In this document: piece by piece, positions 1 through 17,785 of the stretch
Numbering within the stretch: position 1 is the first letter of the stretch
How the letters are laid out: every line of letters begins with the position of its first letter
DNA from: the human T2T-CHM13v2.0 reference genome, Homo sapiens
Assembly: GCF_009914755.1 (NCBI RefSeq)
Contig: NC_060932.1
DNA length: 64,000 nt
Reading direction: 5' to 3' (one strand)
The notes under the pieces: generated by a model
The model's database searches: none
What the model was told of the DNA's origin: nothing
The model's input: the letters and a program-made list of their open reading frames with translations, nothing else
Translations under genes and position numbers: made by a program

Positions 1-80
1 CAACACCTTCACAGACACACCCAGCAACAATACTTTGTATCTTTCAATCCAATCAAGTTGACACTCAATATTAACAATCA
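1..80 (-). mobile_element. MLT2A-type (ERVL) LTR, 5' end; continues left of the window
   Basis: Reverse complement reads TGATTGTTAATATTGAGTGTCAACTTGATTGGATTGAAAGATACAAAGTATTGTTGCTGGGTGTGTCTGTG, matching the recalled MLT2A start. Confidence 0.85.
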
Positions 81-109
81 TGCCACATGATTCGATTAGT
101 TTTTTATTT

Positions 110-690
110 TGGGCATCCTTTTAATATTGAAACATAACACACATACAGTAAAATGCCCAAAGTATATAACTGAATGAAATTTTACAAATTATATATACCT
201 GTGCAACAACAATTTATATCAACATATAAATATCAGGCCTCTGAGCCCAAGCTAAGCCATCATATCCCCTGTGGCCTGCATGTACACATCTAGATGGCCG
301 GTTCCTGCCTTAACTGATGACATTCCACCACAAAAGAAGTGAAAATGGCCTGTTCCTGCCTTAACTGATGACATTGTCTTGTGAAATTCCTTCTCCTGGC
401 TCATCCTGGCTCAAAAGCTCCCCCACTGAGTACCTTGTGATCCCCACTCCTGCCTGCCAGAGAACAACCCCCCTTTTTCCTTTACCTACCCAAATCCTAT
501 AAAACGGCCCCACCCCATCTCTCTTCGCTGACTCTCTTTTCGGACTCAGCCCACCTGCATCCAGGTGAAATAAACAGCTTTATTGCTCACACAAAGCCTG
601 TTTGGTGGTCTCTTCACATGGATGCGCATGAAAATAAACATTTACACACAACCTCAAAGCTGCCCTTATGTACTCTGTTATTACTTTACT
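110..690 (-). mobile_element. Old L1ME-type 3' end fragment, split by LTR7
   Basis: Resembles an antisense L1ME 3'UTR (catacagtaaaatgc...acaatttatatcaacatataaacattt). Boundaries are approximate. Confidence 0.55.
231..633 (+). mobile_element. HERV-H solo LTR (LTR7, type I repeats)
   Basis: T(A)TCAGGCCTCTGAGCCCAAGC...GCGCATGAAA termini. Duplicated GTTCCTGCCTTAACTGATGACATT block, TATAAAA 498-504, AATAAA 569-574, and a 5-bp TSD ATAAA (226-230, 634-638). Confidence 0.96.
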
Positions 691-1180
691 CAAAATGTTC
701 AGGATTTCTGTTGACAATGTTTTTTACTTTTCATCGTACAAATTTGTACTTCTCTGCTAAATTTATTTCTATGTCATTTTTTGATACTATTGTAAATAGA
801 ACTGTTTTCTAAATATTATTTTCAATTATTTAGTGCTCGTGTATAGAAGTACAATACGTTTTTGTGTATTAATCTTGTATCCTGAAACCTCAATAGACTC
901 ATTTATTACTTCTAGTCTTTGTTTTTATTGGTAGATTTCTTAGATTTTCTATATACAGTATAATTTCATACTTATACTAGATAGTTTTACTTTTTCCTTT
1001 CTGATCTGGATGCTTTATTTATTTATTTATTTTACTTGTATATTTGCTTTGGCTAGCATTTCTAGTACAATGATATGTGGAAGTGGCAAACTAGCCACGT
1101 CTTGTTCCTTATCTTAGTCGGAAAGATTTCAGTCTTCAACCATTAATTGTGGCATTAGTTGTAGGTTTTCTGTAGATGCC

Positions 1181-1531
1181 TGTATTAGTCTGTTCTCATG
1201 CTGCTAATAAAGACATACCTGAGACTGGGTAATTTATAAAGGAAACAGGTTTAATGGAATCACAGTTTCACATGGCTGGAGAGGCCTCACAATCATGGCT
1301 GAAGGAGGAACAAAGTCACAGCTTACATGGCAGCAGGAAAGAGGGCATGTGCAGACCTCCCCTTTATAAAACCATCAGATCTCATGAGACTTATTCACTA
1401 TCACAAAAACAGCATGGAAAAAGTCTGCCCCCATGATTCAATTACCTCCCACCTGGTTCCTCCCATGACACATGGGGCTTATTACAATTCGAGGTGAGAT
1501 TTGCTTGGGGACACAGAGCCAAACCACATCA
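1181..1531 (-). mobile_element. THE1C-like solo LTR (ERVL-MaLR)
   Basis: tgtattagtctgttctcatgctgctaataaagacatacctgagactggg...gacacagagccaaaccacatca, with 5-bp TSD ATGCC (1176-1180, 1532-1536). Confidence 0.93.
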
Positions 1532-2327
1532 ATGCCTTTTAACAAATTAAGGAAGTTTTGTTCCATTCCTAACTTGTTTAGGGTTTTTTATCATGAAAAT
1601 GTGTTGGATTTTGTAAAATGCTTTGTCTGTGTCTATTGAGATGATCATGCGGTTTTTGTTCTTTATTCTATTAATACTATGTATTACATTGATTTATTTT
1701 CATATGTTTAACCAATCTCACATTTCTGGGATAAATCTCACTCGATTGTGGTATATACTTCTATTTATATATTGCAAGATTTACATGTTATTGGGGATTT
1801 TTTTACATCTAAATTCATAGGGATGTTGTTCTGTAGTTTTCTTTTCTTGTAGTGTGTTAGTCTGCTTTAGGTGTCAGGGACATACTAACCTCATGAAATG
1901 AGTTATGAAGTATTTTCTCCCTTCTATATTTTGGAAGAGTTTGTTATGAGATAGTATTAATTATTCTTTAAATATTTGGTAGAATTCATCAGTAAATTCA
2001 ACTTTCCTTTGTGGTAGACTTTTGATTTATTTTTTACATTATTGCTTTAATCTCTTTACCTGTTTTAGATCTATTCAGGCTTTCTATTTCTGTTTTGAAT
2101 TTCAGTATGTGTAATTGGATTACAGCATTATTAAAGTTCTATATTTCATTATTGACCTTCTGTCTAGTTATTTTATCCATTATTGAAAATGTGGTGTTAA
2201 AGTCTTCTGCTACTGTTGCTGAAATGTTTATTTCTCCCCCTTCAATTATGTTATTTGTTACTTCATGTATTTTGTGATCTGCTGTAAGGTGCATATACAT
2301 TTATAATTGTTGTGTTTTCTTGATTGA

Positions 2328-2670
<343 letters not shown>

Positions 2671-3170
2671 CATAGAATATCCTTTTTCTATCTCTTGCAA
2701 CAATTTTTGCCTTAAAATCTATTTTATCTGATTATAATATAGCTACTCCAACTCTGTTTTGATTTACTGTTCACAGGGAATGTTTTTTTCTATCCTTTCA
2801 CTTTCAATCTATTTGGTTCTTTAAATCTAAAGTGAGGTACAGACATCATATTTACATCATTTTTAGAATCCATTCTGCTTTTTGAATGGAGACTTTAACC
2901 TAATTTCATTACAGTAATTGCTGATGAGAAAGAACCCAACTTGTACCACTTTGCTGTTTATATTCTATACATATTATGTCTTTTTCTGTGTGTGTTTAAT
3001 TCCTCCATTACTACCTTCTTTCGTGTTAATAGATATTTTCCAGTCTATTATTGTAATAACATTTTAATTCTTTTGTCATTTCTTTTACTATATAGTTTTG
3101 AGTTATTTTCCTAGGGATTACAATTAACATCTTAATTTATATCAACCCAGGTCAGATTCATGTCAGCCTA

Positions 3171-3516
<346 letters not shown>

Positions 3517-4239
3517 TAGTTTCAGTAGTATACAAAAATTTGCTCTTATATAGTTCTGTTCCTCTATCTTTGTATTATTATTGTAATAAGTTTCATCTTT
3601 ACACACTATATGCCTATAGACACAGATTTATGATTTTTGGTATATGCAGTTGTCTTCTAAATCAGATAGGAGAAAAATATTACAAACAGTAAATTTATAC
3701 TAACTCATATTTACCTATTAAAAAACATTTATTGGTACTCTCTATTTCTTCATGTGGATTTCTGTTACTCTTTAGTCTCTTTTCATAGCAGCCTAAGAAA
3801 CTGCCTTTAGTATTTATTATAGGGTAGGTCAGCTAGCAATTGCTTCTTTCAGTTTTTGTTTATCTAGGAATGTCTAAATTTCTTTTTCATTTTTGAAAGA
3901 TAGTTTTGCTATCCTGTTAACTAAGTTTTGCTTGGTTGACAGTCTTTTTCACACTTTTAACATACAGTTCCCACTGTGCTATGGCCTCCATGGTTTCTGG
4001 TTAGATAACAGCTATTGACCTTATTAAGAATTCCTTGTATGTAATCAATCACTTCTTTTTTTTTTTTTTTTTTGCCACTTTCAAGATGATTTTTTTTGCC
4101 TTCCAATAGTTTGATTATGATGTGTCTAGTTGTAAATTTGCTTGTGTTTATTCTACTTGGAGTTTATTGAGGTTCTTAGATATGTAGGGAATATCTTCAA
4201 TCTTAGAAATTTGGGAAGCTTGTGTGGTCATTATTTCTT

Positions 4240-4242
<3 letters not shown>

Positions 4243-4303
<61 letters not shown>
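4243..4303. repeat. (TA)n microsatellite abutting poly-T
   Basis: About 22 TA units directly followed by a T run. Confidence 0.97.
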
Positions 4304-5864
4304 ACCCTTTCTCTCGTTTGTCTCCTTCTGTGACTCCCATTATGGATATGTTGTTATGCTTGGTAATGGCCAACAGGTATCTGAGACTCTGTTTATTTTT
4401 ATTTCTTCTTTTTTTTTTCTGTTTCTCAGATTGGACCATCTTAATTGACCTATCTTCAAGTTCACTGATTCCTTCTTCTCCCTGCTCAAATCTGCTGTTG
4501 AGATCCTCTACTGATTTATAAATTTTATTTATTATACCCCTTCAGAACTTCTATTTGGTTCTTTCTTCTCTTATTTCTATCTATTAATACTCCACATTTG
4601 GTCATATATTATTCTCATACTTTCCTTTAGTTGTTTAGTTCTTTGTTAATATTTAAAATAGCTGACTTAAAGTCTTTTCTAGTAAATCCAATATATGGTA
4701 TTCTCTGGGAAGGTTTCTATTGACCTTTTCCCCCCCTGCATATGGGCCATATTTTCTTCTTTCTTTGCATGTCTTGTAACTATTTGTTAATACTAGACAT
4801 TTAAAACTGTAGTGTGGTAACTCTGGAAATAGATTCTTCCCCCTCTTCAGAACTTGTTGCTGTGGTTGTTTGCTGTTCTTGTTGTTGTTACTGTTTGTTG
4901 TTTAGTGACTTATCTGAACTAATTCTGTAAAGTTTATATTCCTTGTGTATGGACACTGAATTCTCTGCTCTGCTTACCTTAGTAGTCAGCTAGCAGCTGG
5001 ATAGAGATTTCATTAATTGCCTGGAACCAATACATCTTCCAGTCTTTGCTGAGGGGTTCTTTTCTTGGGTTGAAGAGTTTCTTGAACACTCAGCCAGATA
5101 GTTTAAAACTCTTTCTTAGCCCTCACTTTTTGCTTACAGAGAAACTTGTGCTTAGACAGCAGTGACAGCCTAGGACCTTCTGAGGTCTTTCCCAAGTATA
5201 TATACGGTTCTGAGCCTGTTCACAACTCTATATTTTCACATAGCCTTCTAGATTCCCAAGTATGTGTTAAAGTTTATCAAAGTCCCTTTTGGACATCTCA
5301 TTTCCAAGATTTTTCTTTTAACCTTTTTGTTAGTCTATGGTTTGTGCCATCTTATTCACCACCTAAGATGCCACAACATTCAATTGTCTAATTGTTTTTA
5401 GAAAATTCTCCTGGCAAGAAGGCTGTTCAAGTCAGGTCAAATTAAGACAACTTCGTGAGTGGGTTCTTTTACGGAACCACCAGAGATGACAAATTATAAC
5501 CGTTCTTTGGGAATGCAACCTTGTACTACCTCCAATCTTTTTCTTCTTCCTCCATGGACTGTCAGACTACTGGTTTTTACCATGATTGTGATCTATTGAT
5601 GTTCAAAGTTACAGCAGGACTGAAAAAAGGTATGAAGATAGATAAGTTAAACTACAACAAAACTCACTTTCCTTATCAAGATATTGTTTTTTTCCTTGCA
5701 TAAATATTCCCTGTTTTTGCTGCAAGTCTTTGATTAATTTCCAGAGTGCTGAAAAGTTGATTTCAACCATTTTTTTCTATAGTTCTTATTGCTTTTATAC
5801 AGAAGAGGAATTTTACGTGTTCTTACTGTCATTTTTTTTTTGCTGGCATCTCATTTTTTAAAAA

Positions 5865-7210
5865 TAATAAATTTTATTTTTTAGAATAGTTTTAGGTTCA
5901 TAGTGCCATTGAGCTGCAAGCATAGAGTTCCCATGTAACTCCTGCTTCCACATGTATACAACCTGCTCTACTATCAACATCTTACATCATAGTTTTACAT
6001 TTATTGCAAGAGATGAACTTACATTGACACATTATTACAAAGTACATTAGGATTCACTTGTTGTTGGAAATTTTATGAATTTTTTGAAATTTATAATAAC
6101 ATGTATTCATCATTGCAGTATAATACAGAATAATTTTACTCCCTAAAAATCAACTGTGCACCGTCCATTCATCTGTCAACTCCTCTTAACCTCTGGCAAC
6201 CACTGATTTTTTAAGTGTCTCCATGGTTTTCCCTTTTCCAGAATGATGTATAGCTGGAATCATACAGTATGTAGTCTTTCAAAACTGGCTTTTTAAACCT
6301 AGAAATATGCATTTAAGTTTCCCCTGAGTCTTTTTATAGCTTGATAGCTCATTTCTTTTTAGTGCTGAATAATATTCCATTGTCCAGCTGTACCACAGTT
6401 CATTTCATTCATCTACTAAAGGACATCTTGGTTACTTCAATATTTTGGCAATTATGAATAAAGCTGCTATAAACAGCTATGCTCAATTTTTGGTGTGAAC
6501 ATATATTTTGGATTCATTTGCATAAATACCATGGAGCGTGATTTCTGGATCATATGGTAATGAATGCTATGTTTAGTTTTGTAAAAAACTGGGAAACTGT
6601 TTTCCAAAGTGGCTATAGCATTTTGCATTTCCACCAGCAATGAAAGAGAGTTCCTGTTCCACATCCTTGCCAGCATTTGGTGTTGTCCATATTTTGGATT
6701 TTAACCATCCGAGTAGGTATGCAGTTGTAGCTCGTCGTTTTAATCTGCAATTACCTAGTGACATATGTTGAACATCTTTTTATATGCTTACGTTCCATCT
6801 TTATATCTTCTTTGGTAAAGTGTCAATTCAGGTTTTTTACCCCTGTTTTAATTGGGTTGTAACATTTCTTATTGTTGAGTTTTAAGAGTACTTTGTATAT
6901 TTTGGTTAAAAATCTTCTATTAGATGTTTCTTTTGTAAATATTTTCTCCCAGTCTGTTTCTTGCCTTCTCATTCTCTTGACATTTCTTTAACAGAGTCAA
7001 AGTTTTCAATCTGAATGAAGTTCAATATATCAATTTTTTTTCATGTATTGTGTCTTTGATGTTTTACCTAAAAAGTCATCACCATACCGAAGGTCATCTA
7101 AGTTTTTTTCTGTTATTTTCTAGAAATTTAATAGTTTTAAAATTTTATATCTGGGTCTATAATGTATTTTGAGTTAATTTTTGTAAAGGATGCAAGATCT
7201 GGGTCTAGAT

Positions 7211-7244
<34 letters not shown>

Positions 7245-7900
7245 ATGTGGATGTCAGCATCATTGTTTTGAAAAGACTATCTTCTCTCCATTGTATTGCC
7301 TTTGCTCCTTTGTCAAACATTGGTTGATAATATTTATGTGGTTCTAATTCTGGGCCCTCTGTTCTATTCCATTAATTTATTTGTCTATCCCTTTGCCATA
7401 GCACACTGTTGATTATTGTAGCTTTGGGGTAAGTCTTGAATTCAAGTAACATCCAGCATTTTTCTTCTCATTCATTATTAGTTGGCTATTCTGGGTCTTT
7501 TACTTCTTCATATAAACTTTAAAGTCAGTTTGCTTATATGTACAAAATAACCTGCTGAGATTTTGATTGGAATTTCATTACATCTATAGTTTGAGTTAGA
7601 AAGAACCAACATTTTGATAATATTGAGTCTTCCTATTCATGAACATAGAACATCCATTTATTTCATTCTTTTTATATATCTTTTATCAGAGTTTTGTAGT
7701 TTTCCATATATAGATCTCATACATATTTTGTTAGATTTAAAGCTAAGTATTTCATTTTTGGGGGGTGGTAATATAAATGGTAAATGTGTTTTTAATTTCA
7801 AATCCCACGTGTTTTTTGCTAATATTTAGGAAAGCAATTGACTTTGTATACCAACCTTGTACCCTGCAACACTGCTATCATTGTTCATTAGTTCCAGGAG
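5865..7900 (-). mobile_element. L1MC-type element, 3'UTR and end of ORF2
   Basis: Typical L1MC1/2-like 3' end (tttttagaatagttttaggttcatag...ctatcaacatc). ORF-track pieces 6467-6764 resemble the ORF2 C-terminus (AGKDVEQELSFIAGGNAK). Confidence 0.85.
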
Positions 7901-8153
7901 GCATTATTTATTTATTTATTTATTTATTTTTATTTTATTTTATTTATTTTTTATACTTTAAGTTCTAGGGTACATGTGCACAATGTGCAGGTTTGTTACA
8001 TAGGTATACATGTACCACATTGGTTTGCTGCACCCATCAACTCGTCATTTACATTAGATATGTCTCCTGATGCTATCTCTCCCCCAGTCTCCCACCCCCC
8101 GACAGGCCTTGGTGTGTGATGTTCCTTGCCCTGTGTCCATGTGTTCTCATTGT

Positions 8154-11971
<3,818 letters not shown>

Positions 11972-12034
11972 TATGACGTTAGCTGGTTATTTTGCCTGTT
12001 AATTGATGCAGTTTCCTCATAGCATCAATGGTCT

Positions 12035-13059
12035 TTACAATTTGGCATGTTTTTGCAGTGGCTGGTACCGGTTGTTCCTTTCCATGTTTAGTGCTTTTTT
12101 CAGGAGCTCTTGTAAGGCATTCCTGGTGGTGACAAAATCTCTCAGCATTTGCTTGTCTATAAAGGATTTTATTTCTCCTTCATTTATGAAGCTTAATTTG
12201 GCTGGATATGAAATTCTGAGTTGAAAATTCTTGTCTTTAAGACTGTTAAATAATGGCCTCCACTCTCTTCTGGCTTGTAGGTTTCTGCAAAGAGATCCAC
12301 TGTTAGTCTGATGGGCTTCCCTTTGTGGGTAACCCAACCTTTCTCTCTGGCTGCCCTTAATATTTTTTCCTTCATTTCAACTTTGGTGAATCTGATAATT
12401 ATGTATCTTGGGGTTGCTCTTCTCAAGGAGTATCTTTGTGGTGTTCTCTGTATTTCTTGAATTTGAATGTTGGCCTGACTTGCTAGGTTAGGGAAGTTCC
12501 CCTGGATAATATCCTGAAGAGTGTTTTCTAATTTGGTTCTATTCTCCCCATCACTTTCTGGTACACCAATCAAACATAGATTTGTTTTTCTCACATAGTC
12601 CCATATTTCTTGGAGGCTTTGTTCATTTCTTTTCACTCTTTTTTCTCTAATCTTGTCTTCTCGCTTTATTTCATTAATTTGATCTTCAATCACTGATATC
12701 CTTTCTTCCACTTGATCGAATTGGCTATTGAAGCTTGTGCATGCGTCACGAAGTTCTCCTGCCATGTTTTTCAGCTCCGTCAGGTCATTTAAAGTCTTCT
12801 CTACACTGCTTATTCTAGTTAGCCATTCATCTAATCTTTTTTCAAGGTTTTTAGCTTCCTTGCGATGGGTTGGAACCTGCTCCTTTAGCTCGGAAAAGTT
12901 TGTTATTACCGACCTTCTGAAGCCTACTTCTGTCAACCTATCAAACTTGTTCTCCAACCAGTTTTGTTCCCTTGCTGGCAAGGAGCTGCTATCCTTTGGA
13001 GGAGAAGAGGCACTCTGTTTTTTGGAATTTTCAGTTTTTCTGTTCTGGCTTCTCCCCAT
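12035..13059 (-). pseudogene. L1 ORF1, one apparent frameshift near 12290
   Basis: 288-aa ORF (MGRSQNRK...EQSLQEIWDYV...GKPIRLTVDL) continues in a second frame as ARREW...RISYPAKLSF...PLQKHAKL. Confidence 0.95.
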
Positions 13060-14066
13060 CTTTGTGGTTTTATCTACCTTTGGTCTTTGATGTTGGTGAC
13101 CTACAGGTGGGGTTTTGGTGTGGATGTTCCTTTTGTTGATGTTGATGCTATTCCTTTCTGTTTGTTAGTTTTCCTTCTAACAGTCAGACCCCTCAGCTGC
13201 AGGTCTGTTGGAGTTTGCTGGAAGTCCACTCTAGACCCTGTTTACCTGGGTATCACCAGTGGAGGCTGCAGAACAGCAAATATTGCTGCCTGATTCTTCC
13301 TCTGGAAGCTTTGTCCCAGAGGGGCACCCACCTGTTTGAGATATCTGCCGGCCCCTACTGGGAGATGTTTCCTAGTCAGGCTACACAGGGATCAGGGACC
13401 CGCTTGAGGAGGCAGTTTGTCCATTCTTGGAGCTCCAATACTGTGCTGAGAGAACCACTTTCTTCAGAGCTGTCAGACAGGGACGTTTAAGTCTGCAGAA
13501 GCTGTCTGCTGCCTTTTGTTCAGATATTCCCTGTCCCCAGAAGTGGAATCTACAGAGGCAGTAGGCCTTGCTGAGTGGCAGTGGGCTCCCCATAGTTCAT
13601 GCTTCCTGGCCACTTTGTTTACACTGTGAGCTACTCAAGCCTCAGCAATGGCGGATGCCCCTCCCCCGTCAAGCTGCAGCTTTGCAGGTTGATCTCAGAC
13701 TGCTGTACTAGCAGTGAGCAAGGCTCTGTAGGCGTGGGATCCACCGAGCCAGGCACAGGAGAGTAACTCCTGGTCTGCCGGATGCTAAGACCATGGGAAA
13801 AGTGCAGCATTTGGTCAGGATTGTACTGTTTCTCCAGGTACAGTCTGTCAGGTCTTCCCTTGGCTAGGAAAGGGAAATCCCCTGACCCCTTGCTCTTCCC
13901 GAGTGAGGCAACACCTCACCATGCTTCAGCTCGCCCTCTGTGGGCTGCACCCACTGTCCAACCAGTCCCATTGAGATGAAGCAGATACCTCAGTTGGAAA
14001 TGCAGACGTCACCCGTCTTCTTCATTGATCTCGCTGGGAGCTGCAGACTGGAGCTGTTCCTATTCA

Positions 14067-14075
14067 GCCATCTTG
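14067..14075 (-). promoter_or_regulatory. YY1 site of the L1 5'UTR promoter
   Basis: gccatcttg (CAAGATGGC on minus) at the expected position next to the L1 5' end. Confidence 0.7.
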
Positions 14076-14117
14076 GAAGCACTCCCATCATGTGGTTTTA
14101 ATTAACATTTTTCCTAT

Positions 14118-14414
14118 GGCAGGGCCGCATGTGGTGGCTCATGCCTGTAATCCCAGCAATTGAGAAGCTGAGGTGAGTGGATCACTTGAGGCCAGGTGTT
14201 TGAGACCAGCCTGGCCAACATGACAAAACCCCATCTCTACTAAAAATATAAAAACTAGCCAGGCATCGTGGAGCACACCATGGTAATCCCAGCTACTTGA
14301 GAAGCTGAAACATGAGAATTGCTTGAACCTAGGAGGCAGAGTTTGCAGTGAGCCAAGATTGCACTGCTACACTCTAGCCTGAGCAACAGAGTGAAACTCT
14401 GTCTCAAAAAAAAA
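14118..14414 (+). mobile_element. AluS (Sx/Sz-like)
   Basis: Full dimer with A tail. TSD of about 17 bp, ATTAAcATTTTTCcTAT / ATTAAtATTTTTCtTAT. Confidence 0.93.
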
Positions 14415-14442
14415 ATTAATATTTTTCTTATTGCTAATAATG

Positions 14443-14922
14443 TGTCAGGCCTCTGAGCCCAAGCTAAGCTATCGTATCCCCGTGACCTGCTTGTATACAC
14501 CCAGATGGCCTGAAGCAACTGAAGATCCACAAAAGAAGTGAAAATAGCCAGGTCCTGCCTTAACTGATGACATTCCACCATTTTGATTTGTTCCTGCCCC
14601 ACCCTAATTGATCAATTGACTTTCTGACAATACACCCTCCCCACCCTTAAAAGGTACTTTGTAATATTCTCCCCCACCCTTAAGAAGATACTTTGTAATA
14701 TTCTCCCCACCCTTGAGAATGTACTTTGTAAGAAGATCTACCCCTGCCCACAAAAAATTGCTCCTAACTCCACCACCTATCCCAAACCTATAGGAACTAA
14801 TGATAATTCCACCATCCTTTGCTGACTCCTTTTTTGGACTCAGCCCACCTACACCCAGGTGAAATAGCCTTGCTGCTCACACAAAGCCTGTTGGTGGTCT
14901 CTTCACATGGACGTGCATGACA
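14443..14922 (+). mobile_element. HERV-H solo LTR, type II repeats (LTR7B-like)
   Basis: TGTCAGGCCTCTGAGCCC...GTGCATGACA. Three CCCACCCTT...TACTTTGTAA repeats at 14641-14731. TSD TAATG/TTATG. Confidence 0.93.
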
Positions 14923-15918
14923 TTATGAACCATTTGTATCTCCTTTTTAAATAAAATGGCTGTTGTAGTTTTTTGCATTAAAGAAATTGCATTACCTCTT
15001 TTTTTTTCTTAGTTATTGATTTGTAGGAGTACTTAATATATTCTGGTTATGAGTCCCTTGTTTGGTATTTGTATTGCAAATATGTTCTCTCACAATGTAC
15101 TTCATCTTTTTACACTCTTTGTGGTATCTTTGATGCATAAAGATTTTAAATAAAAAAGAAATTTATAAATATGGGTCTTAGTATTTTTTTGGATCCTCTT
15201 TCAGAAATCTTTGCTTACCTTAATGTTATCAAGATAATATCTTGTGTTTTTATCTAGAATATTTTTCTTATTACCTTTCTCATTTAGAATTACTAATCTG
15301 GAATTGATTTTTTTATTTGGTAAAATATGAGATAGGGCCAATCTTAATTTCTTCCCATATAGATATAAAATTGACACAGCATCATTTATTGAAAAGACTA
15401 TTCTTTCCTCATTGCATTGTTGAGATATTTTATCATAAATTGTCTTCCTATTTATGAACATAGAACATCTCTGTTTATTTAGTTATTTTTGTATGTAGTA
15501 TATTGGTAGATGTAATTATATATTCTCTATTTTTTTCTGTTGTTCTATTTGTCTATCTTTGTGCCATTACCACAAATGGTTTAGTTACTGTAGCTTTATA
15601 ATGAGTCTAGCTTTATGGTAATATAAAAGTCTTCCAACTTTTTTCTGATTCAAGAATATTTTTGCTATAGTTAGGCTTTTGCATTTCCATGAAGATTTTG
15701 AAGCAGCTTGTCAATTTCCAAATAAAGATTCCTCTGGGTTTTTCACTGGGGTTTCATGAGATCTATGAATTAATTTGAGGAAATTGACATTTCTGTTATA
15801 GCAGTCTTCCAATCTGTGTCTATCCCATGACTAATGAGGTCTTATTTAATTTATCTCAGTGAAGTTTTATAGTTTTCTATGTAGATGTTTTACTTACATT
15901 TCATTAAATTTATTGTTA

Positions 15919-16235
<317 letters not shown>

Positions 16236-17011
16236 ATTGTTAGATGTTTGATCATTTTGATGCTGATGTAAGTAATGATCACTTTTAAAATTTCATTTTT
16301 ATTACTAATATTCAGAAATACAGTTGATTTTTATTTATTGAACTATTATACAGTGACTTTTTAAATTAAATTTACTTATTCTTATAGTTTATCTGTATAT
16401 TATTTTGGGTTTTCTACATATACAGTAATTTGTCATTGAATAGAGTTTTATTATTCTCTTTTTACTTGTTATGTTTTTGTTTCTTTTGCTTGCTATATTT
16501 TATGAATTAATTCCTCCAGACAATTATTAAACTGCAGTGATAGAAGATTTTATTGTCTCATTTTTGATTGCATAGAGAAAGTTTTCAAATTTTGTCATTG
16601 TTATGATCTTTGGGTTTTTGCAAATGCATTTTTCACATTATATTTTCAGTTTCTAAAACTTTTTTTTTTAATTTAAGTTTAAAATTCGATGTAATTATTT
16701 TGCATTTAATTTTGTCAAATGTTTTTAATGTATACTTTGAGGTTACCATATAGATTTTTGTTTATTCTATTGAAATGGTGTTTTTTACTGACTTATTTTA
16801 TGATGTTAACCAACCTTGCATTTTTGGTATAAACCTCATTTTTTCATGATACATTATGTTTCTCTTATATTGGTCTAATTTATTTGGTAACATAAATGTT
16901 TTGTATACATGTCTTTATAAGGAAGTTTGGCTTATGCTATTCCTGTTTTTTCATGTTTTTGACAGATTATGGTATCAAAGTTATGCTGTCCTCATAAAAC
17001 ATAGTAAATAG

Positions 17012-17598
17012 TATGGGGAACAAGGCTCTTGACCCCTGTAATTGTTCACAGAAAAATCAGTGGCATGCAGAAGATTGATTAATAGGAGAAAAGGCATACA
17101 AATTTAGTTAATATATATACATGGGAGCTTTCAGAATGAAAATCCAAGCCTCCAATCAAGTATAAAACCTTATATATCATTTTAAGACTACAGAAAAAGT
17201 GGGGGCTTGGAACTTGGTAAAGTAGGTTATGAGAGGGGGCAGAAAGGGAATTCTGTTGAGGGGCAATAAATGATTACTAGAGAGAAAAATTGGAAGGGGA
17301 ACAGAAATTAACTTATAAATAGTTCTCTTTGGAATTTAAATGGCCCTTGGAGAAAGTCTTTATCTTAAAAAAGGGTCTGTTCAGCTCTGATTACATTTTT
17401 GGTCTTCTTTTCTGTAATGGATAATGAGATAACAAGGAGGGGAACAGGAACAATTGTTCTCCTTGGTGGGTCAGTACTATCTTTATGTAGATAGAATAAA
17501 AATTTCTTCTAGGGCTTGTGGATCTCTAAGGTTTTAATTCAGAATACTTATTATACAAGACAACCATATTTTGGGGTGAAATTGTTTGATTCCTTTCA
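17012..17598 (-). mobile_element. ERV1 MER4-group solo LTR (MER34/MER39/LTR49-like; subfamily uncertain)
   Basis: Minus strand starts TGAAAGGAATCAAACAATTTCACCCCAAAATATGG. 4-bp TSD ATAG (17008-17011, 17599-17602). Confidence 0.8.
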
Positions 17599-17729
17599 AT
17601 AGTGTTTCCTCATTTTTAATTTTCTGAATTATTGGAAAATTGGTATTTTTTTTCCTTTCTTAGATTTTGGAAAATGTACCAATTAAGCCATTGAAGCCTG
17701 ATTTTTTTTGGTAAAAAGTTTTCAAATTC

Positions 17730-17748
17730 TATATATATATATGTGTGT

Positions 17749-17780
<32 letters not shown>

Positions 17781-17785
17781 TTTTT
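17730..17785. repeat. Interrupted (TA)n plus poly-T
   Basis: Directly visible. Confidence 0.9.

Noticed and set aside
14641-14731. Short spaced direct repeats resembling a CRISPR-like array
   Set aside because: They are the normal U3 type II repeats of a HERV-H LTR in a eukaryotic genome.
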